The notes beneath the pieces are model-generated. The model was given only the letters and a program-made list of their open reading frames with translations, did not search any database and was not told the DNA's origin. From an uncultured Clostridia bacterium (GTDB taxonomy: Bacteria > Bacillota > Clostridia > Christensenellales > Aristaeellaceae): 32,000 bases of DNA. The stretch is taken from positions 7,468 to 39,467 of the forward strand of contig CALCTW010000083.1 in the NCBI GenBank assembly GCA_937907055.1. Reading direction: 5' to 3'. Positions 9,213 to 16,174 of this stretch are shown piece by piece. Position 1 is the stretch's first letter; the number at the start of each line of letters is the position of its first letter. The position numbers and the translations under genes are program-made.

Positions 9213-10505
9213 TCATTCTTTTCCCAGCATGGCCCGGAACAGCGCCTGCCCGCGGTTGGGCACGATGGTCAGCCGTCCGCCCAGCGCGGCATTCAGTTCC
9301 TCCAGCGTCATATCATCCAGGAACCTGTCCTTTTCATCCCGCAGGGTGTCCTGACAGATCAAAATCTCATCCGCCTCTTCATCCTGCAGCTGTTCCTTCA
9401 GATCCTGCCCGGTCAGAAGCCCGGTCACCGTCACGGTCTCGCCGAAGAAACGGTTCAGCACAGGCTTCACCCGTATCTCCGCGCCCTTGGGGCCGTAATC
9501 CCGCACCCAGCGCTCCATCACCGGCGCGATCGAGGTCCCGCAGCCGATCAGCACCTTCCTCGGCACCGCTTCCTCCGTGTTCATCTCCGCGGCGTCCTTC
9601 AGCGCGTTTTCAAACTGCCGCAGCAGTCCCACGCCGTTCTCGATCTGCGGATAACCCTCATAGCAGTCATCCTCCGGGTACGGAAGCCCGGCAATGCAGT
9701 ACATTTCATCGCTCGGGAACACAAAGCGTGTGCCGTGTTCCTCCAGCAGTTTTTCCTGCCACCGCTCCGCCTGCGCGATGATCGTCCGCGCCTCTTCCTT
9801 TGTGTAGGGGCGCAGTTTTTCCAGCCCGTCACGGTATCTGGTCAGCCCCACCGGCACCAGCGCGGCGCTTACAGCGCTCGGCATCAGGTCCGAAAGGTCA
9901 TTCAGGGTCCTTTCCAGCGCCTCCCCGTCATTCCAGCCGGGGCACAGCACGATCTGCACATGGAAGTGGATGCCGATCTCCTTCAGCTTGCGCAGCCGTT
10001 CCATGATCCTGTCCGCCAGCGGGTTCTTCAGCATACGCTTTCTAAGCTCCGGGTCAGTCGTATGCACACTGATAAACAGGGGGCTCGGCTTGCGGCGGAT
10101 CATCCGGGCAAACTCCTCATCGTTGACATTGGTCAGCGTGATATAATTGCCCATCATCAGGCTCATGCGCCAGTCATCGTCTTTTACATACAGCGTCTCG
10201 CGCATGCCCTTCGGCATCTGGTCGATAAAGCAGAAAACGCATTTATTGCGGCACACGCGCGGCTTGAGTGAAATGCTGTTGATCGTCAGCCCCAGCGGCG
10301 TTCCCTTGGCCTTCAGCAGCTGCACCAGCTTTTCTTCGCCCTCATGACGGAAACGCACATCCACACGCGCGCGGGTCGAAAGCACCTGATAATCGATATC
10401 GTCAATGATCTCTTCCCCGTTCAGGCTGATCAGCAGATCCCCTGCCCGAATCCCGTGACGCGCCGCGACCGAACCCGGGCGCACATCGTCGATCACATGT
10501 TCCAT
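9213..10505 (-). CDS. PDZ domain / radical-SAM-core / DUF512 protein (function unknown)
   Basis: N-terminal PDZ-like 'VRPGSVAARHGIRAGDLLISLNG'. Canonical Cx3Cx2C 'CRNKCVFC' at 10230-10253. The start is placed at ATG 10505 (MEHVIDD), preceded by GGAGGAGG; the ORF track extends 13 codons further upstream. The gene lies 40 nt upstream of der. Stop is TGA. Confidence 0.8.
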   Translation of the reverse strand: MEHVIDDVRPGSVAARHGIRAGDLLISLNGEEIIDDIDYQVLSTRARVDVRFRHEGEEKLVQLLKAKGTPLGLTINSISLKPRVCRNKCVFCFIDQMPKGMRETLYVKDDDWRMSLMMGNYITLTNVNDEEFARMIRRKPSPLFISVHTTDPELRKRMLKNPLADRIMERLRKLKEIGIHFHVQIVLCPGWNDGEALERTLNDLSDLMPSAVSAALVPVGLTRYRDGLEKLRPYTKEEARTIIAQAERWQEKLLEEHGTRFVFPSDEMYCIAGLPYPEDDCYEGYPQIENGVGLLRQFENALKDAAEMNTEEAVPRKVLIGCGTSIAPVMERWVRDYGPKGAEIRVKPVLNRFFGETVTVTGLLTGQDLKEQLQDEEADEILICQDTLRDEKDRFLDDMTLEELNAALGGRLTIVPNRGQALFRAMLGKE

Positions 10506-10572
10506 ACCGGTGCCTCCTCCCCATTTTGCTGCCGGAAGCCTCATGCCGCGAAGGGCATAAAAGTCCTTCTAT

Positions 10573-10601
10573 ATTATCGTAAAAAATCCGCCTGTTGTCA
10601 A
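10573..10601 (-). promoter_or_regulatory. Candidate sigma-A promoter for the DUF512-der-plsY operon
   Basis: On the minus strand: TTGACA (10601-10596), 17-nt spacer, GATAAT (10578-10573), about 65 nt upstream of the ATG at 10505. Confidence 0.5.
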
Positions 10602-10633
10602 CCATATCCGGGTATTGTGGTGCATACGGCAAT

Positions 10634-10668
10634 CAAAAAGGACAGGCTTTTTCTCTCTGCCTGTCCTT
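10634..10668 (-). terminator. Rho-independent terminator after the TM2-domain gene
   Basis: 11-bp stem aaaggacaggc/gcctgtccttt with an 11-nt loop. On the minus strand a TTTTT run follows it. Confidence 0.6.
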
Positions 10669-10695
10669 TCCGCGCCATTTTGTGTTAAAACGGTT

Positions 10696-11187
10696 TCAGT
10701 TATGCCAGTCTTTGACCAGTCTGCCCTGCTTATCCCGCATATGTCCAAACAGGATGGTCAGAAAATCCACAGCCCATCCAATATAAAAGCCTCCGCCCGA
10801 GAACATATACATAAAGCCTGTGCCCACCTTCCCCAGATAGAAACGGTGAACTCCGATATAGCCAAAGAAAACGCAAAGCAGCAGTGCCGTCAGACGGCTC
10901 TTGGGCGAAATATACCGGCGGCGTTCCGTTTCCGCTGTCAGGCGGCGCTGTTCTGCTTCCCATTTGCTCCGCATCTCCAGCCGTTCCTGTTCAGCCTTGG
11001 TCTGCTCAGCCAGACGCATCCGCTCAAACTCCAGCTGACGCGCCTGCGCGGCTTCGATCTCCGCGTCTGCAGCCAGCTTTTTCTGCCGCTGCAACTCGAT
11101 CTCGTCATACGCAGCATTCGGCGTTCCACAATAGTCACACCGGGGCCACATCATCTGCATTTCCGCGCCGCAACTTGAACACTTCAT
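10696..11187 (-). CDS. Zinc-ribbon / coiled-coil / TM2-domain membrane protein
   Basis: N-terminal 'CSSCG...CDYCG' zinc ribbon. A charged helical stretch of about 65 aa ('EIELQRQKKLAADAEIEAAQARQLEFERMRLAEQTKAEQERLE...'). C-terminal TM2-type double helix 'LLCVFFGYIGVHRFYLGKVGTGFMYMFSGGGFYIGWAVDF'. Stop is TGA. Confidence 0.8.
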   Translation of the reverse strand: MKCSSCGAEMQMMWPRCDYCGTPNAAYDEIELQRQKKLAADAEIEAAQARQLEFERMRLAEQTKAEQERLEMRSKWEAEQRRLTAETERRRYISPKSRLTALLLCVFFGYIGVHRFYLGKVGTGFMYMFSGGGFYIGWAVDFLTILFGHMRDKQGRLVKDWHN

Positions 11188-11426
11188 GTTTCCACCTCAT
11201 TGATCGATCAGCGCGTTTTCATTCATCCTCAGCCGCGCTGTTCCCCCCCCCGGAAAGGTTCGCTTTTTCCCTTTCCATGTCAGAATTATACACCATTTTT
11301 CCCTTTCTCTGCAAACTTTAACAGACATCATCCTGTATTTTTCAGACACCCGGATGTATCTTTCGCGCACACATCCCGTTCCTCTCCTCAGGAGCCTCTT
11401 TTCATCTTCCAATGATCCCGTCATCC

Positions 11427-11456
11427 TTGACATCTATTGCCCTCCGCTCTTATACT
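11427..11456 (+). promoter_or_regulatory. Candidate sigma-A promoter for the VanZ-RDD gene
   Basis: TTGACA, 18-nt spacer, TATACT. This would give a very short leader before the AGGAGG at 11466. Confidence 0.4.
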
Positions 11457-11480
11457 TTCCCTGTCAGGAGGTATTCCCCA

Positions 11481-12644
11481 ATGTTTGTCCGGTTACAGCC
11501 CTATTTTCAGCCCATCCTCACCGCCTGCCTGTTGTTCCCCTTCGCAGCAGGGGTGTTCACATTGCCCTTCACCATCGTCAATTACCGCAAGTTCGGCGGC
11601 ATCGCCATCATGCGCGTGTTCATCGTTTATTCCTTCATCCTCTACAGCATGTGCGCGTTCCTGCTCACCGTGCTGCCGCTGCCCTCGCGGGAGGCGGTCG
11701 CCGCCATGCCCGCCCACTCCATCGGATGGGTCCCTTTCCGGGATCTCGCGGAAGGGCTTGAAAAGTCCGGCGTCCTCGCGTCGCCCTTCAGCGGCGCGGC
11801 ATGGCTTTCCTTCCTCCGGTCTCCCCAGTTCTTTCAGGCTCTTGCCAATATCATCATGCAGATCCCCCTTGGCATCTACCTGCGCTATTATTTCCGCTGC
11901 AATTGGAAAAAGACGCTGCTCATCGGCTTCTGTGTCTCCCTCTTTTATGAACTCACCCAGTTATCCGGCCTTTTCTTCATCTATCCCAAGGCCTACCGCT
12001 ATACCGAAATGGATGATCTCATCTTTAACACGCTGGGAGCCATGATCGGCTTTTTCATCACGCCCCTGCTCTGCCGCTTTCTGCCCACCCGGGATGAGAT
12101 CGATTCCATCTCCTATCGCAAGGGTGAACGCCTCACCCTCATCCGCCGCTTCATTGCCGCCATGCTGGATGCCTTCATCTGCGTCCTGATCCTGCCGCCG
12201 CTCCTGTATCTGCTTTCAGCGGTTCTGTCCGGTTTCGGGCTTTTTTCTGTCACCCTGTGCTTCCTGTTTGTATATTTCACCCTTCTCCCATGGCTCTGCC
12301 GCGGCAGCACCCTCGGGCAGCTTCTGCTGCGCCTTCGCATCGTCCCGCTTAACACCATGACGCCCGCGCGATTCCGGCAGCTTTTTATCCGCAATCTCTT
12401 CCTTTATTTCATTGAGCCGCTCATTTTTCTGGCCGATGTCTTTTCCGTCAGCATCATCGTGCTCTCGCTGGCCGGCAGCGTGGATGACCCGCTCTCTCTC
12501 CTTTTCTTCATCCTCTTCCCCGCGCTCATCATCCTGCTCTCCCTTGTGTTTTTCCTCGGCGCGTATCTCCGTCACAATACATTCCCGCACGGTCAGCTCA
12601 GCCGCACGCGCATCGTCATCATTCCGCGCTCTGTCAGGTCCTGA
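11481..12644 (+). CDS. VanZ-like / RDD-domain fusion membrane protein
   Basis: VanZ-like N-terminal half ('NIIMQIPLGIYLRYYF', 'FYELTQL', 'DDLIFNTLGAMIGF'). RDD-like C-terminal half ('RRFIAAMLDAFICVLI', more TM helices, 'GQLLLRLRIV'). The start is placed at ATG 11481, 9 nt after AGGAGG; the ORF track starts 23 codons upstream. Stop is TGA. Confidence 0.7.
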   Translation: MFVRLQPYFQPILTACLLFPFAAGVFTLPFTIVNYRKFGGIAIMRVFIVYSFILYSMCAFLLTVLPLPSREAVAAMPAHSIGWVPFRDLAEGLEKSGVLASPFSGAAWLSFLRSPQFFQALANIIMQIPLGIYLRYYFRCNWKKTLLIGFCVSLFYELTQLSGLFFIYPKAYRYTEMDDLIFNTLGAMIGFFITPLLCRFLPTRDEIDSISYRKGERLTLIRRFIAAMLDAFICVLILPPLLYLLSAVLSGFGLFSVTLCFLFVYFTLLPWLCRGSTLGQLLLRLRIVPLNTMTPARFRQLFIRNLFLYFIEPLIFLADVFSVSIIVLSLAGSVDDPLSLLFFILFPALIILLSLVFFLGAYLRHNTFPHGQLSRTRIVIIPRSVRS

Positions 12645-12732
12645 TCCCTGTTTTTCACTCGGGTTCTCCGTAACTCTCCGCAAATTCCTTTTGAAAAAAT
12701 TCATGTAAGCGCTTTCATTTTGGTTTTTCTTG

Positions 12733-12741
12733 TGTTATAAT
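12733..12741 (+). promoter_or_regulatory. Extended -10 element (TGtTATAAT) upstream of kdgK
   Basis: TGTTATAAT lies 62 nt upstream of ATG 12803. The -35 is weak (tttcat at 17-nt spacing). Confidence 0.4.
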
Positions 12742-12802
12742 CATTCTGCAACGGGCATTTGCCCATCATCACGCCTTTTATTAATTGGAGGTTTACACGC
12801 TT

Positions 12803-13825
12803 ATGAGCAGGATCGTTTGTTTCGGTGAGATCATGTTGAGGCTTAATCCCGAAGGATACCGCCGTTTCGTTCAGGTAGATACCATGGAAGCCACCTATGG
12901 CGGCGGCGAAGCCAATGTCTCTGTTTCTCTGGCCAACTACGGCCATGATGCCGCTTATGTTACCAAGCTGCCCGATCACGAGATCGGCCAGGCCGCGATC
13001 AACAGCCTGCGTCAGTACGGCGTTGACACCCGCATGATCGTCCGCGGCGGCCCCCGCGTCGGCATCTACTTCTGCGAGAAGGGTGCTTCCCAGCGCGGCT
13101 CCAAGGTCGTTTACGACCGCGCCGGTTCCTCCATCGCGCTGGCCAAGCGTGAGGATTTTGACTGGGATAAGATCCTCGAAGGTGCAGAGTGGTTCCACTT
13201 CACCGGTATCACCCCCGCCATCGGCGGCGATCTGCCCGAGATCTGCCTCGACGCGCTGAAGAAGTGCCGCGAAAAGGGCATCACCGTCAGCTGCGACCTC
13301 AACTATCGCGGCAAGATGTGGTCCCGCGAGGCTGCCGGCAAGGTCATGGCCCAGCTGGTCCCCTATGTTGATGTCTGCATCGCCAACGAAGAAGACGCTG
13401 CCGATGTCTTCGGCATCCACGCCGCCAACACCGACGTCGCGGGCGGCAAGCTCAACAAGGAAGGCTACATCTCCGTAGCCCAGCAGCTGATGGATCGCTT
13501 CGGCTGCAAGAAGGTCGCCATCACCCTGCGCACCTCCATTTCCGCCAGCGATAACAACTGGGCGGGCATGCTCTATGACGGCGAAAAGGCCTATTTCTCC
13601 AAGGAATACGCCATCCGCATCGTCGACCGTGTCGGCGGCGGTGATTCCTTCGGCGGCGGCCTCATCCATGCCCTGCTCCGCGGCTGGGATTGCCAGAGCG
13701 TCATCGAATACGCCGTGGCCGCTTCCTGCCTGAAGCAGACCATCGAACACGACTACAACCTCGTCAGCGAAAAGGAAGTGCTGGCGCTGGCCGGCGGCAA
13801 CGCCTCCGGACGTGTGCAGCGCTGA
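12803..13825 (+). CDS. kdgK: PfkB-family sugar kinase, 2-dehydro-3-deoxygluconokinase type
   Basis: 'IVCFGEIMLRLNPEGYRRFVQ...TYGGGEANVSVSLANYG' is KdgK-like. PfkB signature 'DRVGGGDSFGGGLIHALL' is present. The start is placed at ATG 12803 after GGAGG. Stop is TGA. Confidence 0.8.
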   Translation: MSRIVCFGEIMLRLNPEGYRRFVQVDTMEATYGGGEANVSVSLANYGHDAAYVTKLPDHEIGQAAINSLRQYGVDTRMIVRGGPRVGIYFCEKGASQRGSKVVYDRAGSSIALAKREDFDWDKILEGAEWFHFTGITPAIGGDLPEICLDALKKCREKGITVSCDLNYRGKMWSREAAGKVMAQLVPYVDVCIANEEDAADVFGIHAANTDVAGGKLNKEGYISVAQQLMDRFGCKKVAITLRTSISASDNNWAGMLYDGEKAYFSKEYAIRIVDRVGGGDSFGGGLIHALLRGWDCQSVIEYAVAASCLKQTIEHDYNLVSEKEVLALAGGNASGRVQR

Positions 13826-13847
13826 TCACGCTCACAGAGGTCACACA

Positions 13848-13877
13848 AAAGGCCGCCGGCAAACGCCGGCGGCCTTT
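13848..13877. terminator. Bidirectional terminator between convergent kdgK and the Gly-Gly peptide gene
   Basis: Perfect 13-bp stem aaaggccgccggc/gccggcggccttt with loop aaac. The A/T runs sit within the stem ends. Confidence 0.75.
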
Positions 13878-13931
13878 ATCGTTCATCCACCGCTCTCATC
13901 AGAAACGGGCATCGGTCCGGGTCTCGCTTCA

Positions 13932-14168
13932 TTATGAAACGCTGCCGCCGTTTTGCCGGAAGTCCTCGATCGCCGCGTGCTTTTCACCGCACCGGTTGCA
14001 GCAGAATACGCCGTCCCGCTCCTTGATCGTGCCGCCGCAGCTCACACCGCCGGCTCTCGCGATATGGCGGTATGTACGATCATCATCGTTCATCATGGTC
14101 GGTTTTTTGATCGCGCCGCCTGTCACCTTTTCCAGTTCATTTTCACGCACATTCTGTTTCTGATCCAT
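13932..14168 (-). CDS. 78-aa peptide with a double-glycine (Gly-Gly) type leader and a Cys/His-containing 60-aa C-terminal region
   Basis: MDQKQNVRENELEKVTGG|AIKK...: GG at 17-18, Val at -4, Leu at -7, Glu at -8, Val at -12. The core contains C44, C56, C57, C60, H35 and H64 ('SCGGT-x10-FCCNRCGEKH'). Strong RBS: GAAAGGAGA with 8-9 nt spacing to the ATG. Own terminator. Stop is TAA. Confidence 0.65.
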   Translation of the reverse strand: MDQKQNVRENELEKVTGGAIKKPTMMNDDDRTYRHIARAGGVSCGGTIKERDGVFCCNRCGEKHAAIEDFRQNGGSVS

Positions 14169-14329
14169 GTTTTCTTTCTCCTTTCATCCTGTTTCAAGTA
14201 TTCATACGATCGACCCGTAAAAAATCCACGTTTTCCTGATATCATTGCCTTTTTTCGCAGTATACACCTCAGAGCCCCAAAACACAATCGAAAACAGTCA
14301 AAAAGGTCGTTTTCCCGCCTTTTCGGGAA

Positions 14330-14358
14330 TTGACGAATGATCCCGTCCCCGATAAAAT
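14330..14358 (+). promoter_or_regulatory. Candidate sigma-A promoter for the MATE gene
   Basis: TTGACG, 17-nt spacer, TAAAAT, about 78 nt upstream of ATG 14436. Confidence 0.5.
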
Positions 14359-14407
14359 GATAAACGGCGTATTTTCCGTTTCTGACGGATCCATTTTCAT
14401 TTTTCAC

Positions 14408-14422
14408 GATCGATCATCGATC
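14408..14422. promoter_or_regulatory. Perfect 7-1-7 palindrome GATCGATcATCGATC abutting the MATE RBS (possible operator)
   Basis: Read directly from the sequence. The arms gatcgat/atcgatc are exact reverse complements, and AAGGAG starts at 14423. Confidence 0.3.
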
Positions 14423-14435
14423 AAGGAGTTTTCAC

Positions 14436-15974
14436 ATGCAGAAAGCACAGAATCAGAGCCGCAGCAAGCTGCTGGGCGAAATGCCGATGAATAAACTGGT
14501 CCCCAAGATCTCCGTGCCCATCATGATCAGCATGATGGTGCAGGCGCTCTACAATGTGGTGGACTCCATTTTCGTCGCGCGTTACGATCCCGATGCCCTC
14601 ACCGCGGTCTCCCTCGCCTATCCCATCCAGATGCTCATGATCGCGCTGTCTGTCGGCATGGGTGTCGGTATCAATTCGCTCATTTCCCGTAAGCTGGGCG
14701 AAAAGAACATGCAGGAAGCCCGCAGCGCCGCCTGGAACGGCATCTTCATCGAAGCCTGCAGCTTCCTCATCTTCCTGGTCGTCGGCCTGTTCCTGGCCGC
14801 GCCCTGTATGAACCTTTTCACCAGCGAAAGCCTCAATAACGCCGCCAAGATCCGCGATCTGGGCACCTCCTATCTCAGTATCGTGTGCACCTTCTCCTTC
14901 GGCGTGTTCATGTCCATCTGCTTTGAGCGCATGCTGCAGTCCACCGGCAACACCATGCTCAGTATGACCACGCAGCTCACCGGCGCCGTATGCAACATCG
15001 TGCTGGATCCCATCCTGATCAATACGCTGGATATGGGCATTCAGGGTGCCGCCATCGCCACCGTCATCAGCCAGTGGGTCAGCATGCTGCTTGGCTTCAC
15101 GCTCAATCAGCTCAAGAACACCGAATTGCGCCTGCGCCTGAAGGAGTTCCGTCTCCGCGCCGCTTCTCTCAAGGGCATCCTCGCGGTCGGCATTCCCTGC
15201 GCCGTCATGCAGTCCATCGCCTCGGTCATGAATGTGGCCATGAACGCCATTCTGTCCGCCTTCCCCCTTGAGGGCAATGCCGCGGTCAATGTGCTCAATA
15301 TCTATTTCAAGCTCCAGTCCTTCGTGTTCATGCCGGTCTTCGGTCTGGGCAGCGGCATGGTCGCCATCGTCGGCTACAATTTCGGCGCGCGTCTGCGTCA
15401 GCGCGTGTATGACGCCATCAAGGTCGCGCTCCGCTATGCCATCGCCATCATGCTCGTCGGCACCATCCTGTTCCTGGCCATCCCCGGCCCGCTGATGAGC
15501 CTGTTCGAGGGCGCTCCCGCGGAGCAGCCTGCCGAGGCCGTCACCGCCGAGACCGTCCTCACCGCTGAAAACGCGGATGCCGCCTCTGAAGTTCTCGCCG
15601 CCGCCGAAACCACGGATCCCGTGATCACCGCGCTCCCCGATGGCGAAGCCCCCGCGGAGGAGCTTCCGGCGCAGACCGCCCGCTCCATGAGCGAGATCGG
15701 CGTCATCGCCATGCGCATCATCTGCATCCACTTCATCTTCGCGGCCATCGGCATCACGCTCAGCAATGTCTTCCAGGCCATCGGAAAGGGCAATTACGGC
15801 CTTATCATGAGCCTCTGCCGCCAGCTGGTCGTGCTGGTCCCCACCGCCTGGCTGCTCTCCAAAATCAGCCTCGACGCGGTCTGGTACTCCTTCCTCATCG
15901 CGGAGCTCGTTTCCCTCGCCATCTGCCTCTTCCTCTACCGCAGGGTGGACAGGAAGATGCTTTCCGTCCTGTGA
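14436..15974 (+). CDS. MATE family efflux transporter with a ~64-aa acidic low-complexity insertion
   Basis: N-terminus 'LLGEMPMNKLVPKISVPIMISMMVQALYNVVDSIFVAR' is typical of MATE proteins. There are about 12 hydrophobic helices, and 'GIQGAAIATVISQW' is present. AAGGAG lies 7 nt upstream of the ATG. Stop is TGA. Confidence 0.88.
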   Translation: MQKAQNQSRSKLLGEMPMNKLVPKISVPIMISMMVQALYNVVDSIFVARYDPDALTAVSLAYPIQMLMIALSVGMGVGINSLISRKLGEKNMQEARSAAWNGIFIEACSFLIFLVVGLFLAAPCMNLFTSESLNNAAKIRDLGTSYLSIVCTFSFGVFMSICFERMLQSTGNTMLSMTTQLTGAVCNIVLDPILINTLDMGIQGAAIATVISQWVSMLLGFTLNQLKNTELRLRLKEFRLRAASLKGILAVGIPCAVMQSIASVMNVAMNAILSAFPLEGNAAVNVLNIYFKLQSFVFMPVFGLGSGMVAIVGYNFGARLRQRVYDAIKVALRYAIAIMLVGTILFLAIPGPLMSLFEGAPAEQPAEAVTAETVLTAENADAASEVLAAAETTDPVITALPDGEAPAEELPAQTARSMSEIGVIAMRIICIHFIFAAIGITLSNVFQAIGKGNYGLIMSLCRQLVVLVPTAWLLSKISLDAVWYSFLIAELVSLAICLFLYRRVDRKMLSVL

Positions 15975-16024
15975 CACCCCATTCCATCTGATGTCTGCCT
16001 GAACCGCATTCCCTGTTTTATGAC

Positions 16025-16059
16025 GGCATTTCCGGTCTTTTTCCGGAAATGCCTTTTTT
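16025..16059 (+). terminator. Rho-independent terminator after the MATE gene
   Basis: 11-bp perfect stem ggcatttccgg/ccggaaatgcc with a 7-nt loop, followed by TTTTTT. Confidence 0.8.
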
Positions 16060-16174
16060 GTTCCCCGGTCCTGCCTTTATCCCCGCGCTCCGTCCGCGTT
16101 CACGGATTGCGCATCCCTCCATGTTCATATATAATACTCTTACCCGTTATCAACGCCCGGAAGGAGGAAACCGC

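Noticed and set aside
7640-9781. 713-aa ORF on the plus strand spanning der and the DUF512 gene. Similar long antisense ORFs are 2298-3284(-), 5590-7038(-), 12701-13750(-), 14421-15977(-), 18403-20046(-), 20142-21683(-), 21764-22711(-), 22705-23580(-), 23814-24695(+), 24674-26326(-), 26365-28149(-), 28673-29962(-) and 30513-31847(+).
   Set aside because: All lie exactly antisense to genes with unambiguous catalytic motifs. Their translations are R/G/A/D/H-rich with no recognisable motifs, no RBS and no sensible starts. This is the usual open antisense frame artefact of high-GC DNA.
14123-14407. 94-aa ORF (minus strand) overlapping the start of the Gly-Gly peptide gene and the MATE promoter region
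   Set aside because: It sits in an AT-rich intergenic region, overlaps the better-supported peptide gene and its RBS, has no RBS of its own and is lysine/arginine-rich junk.
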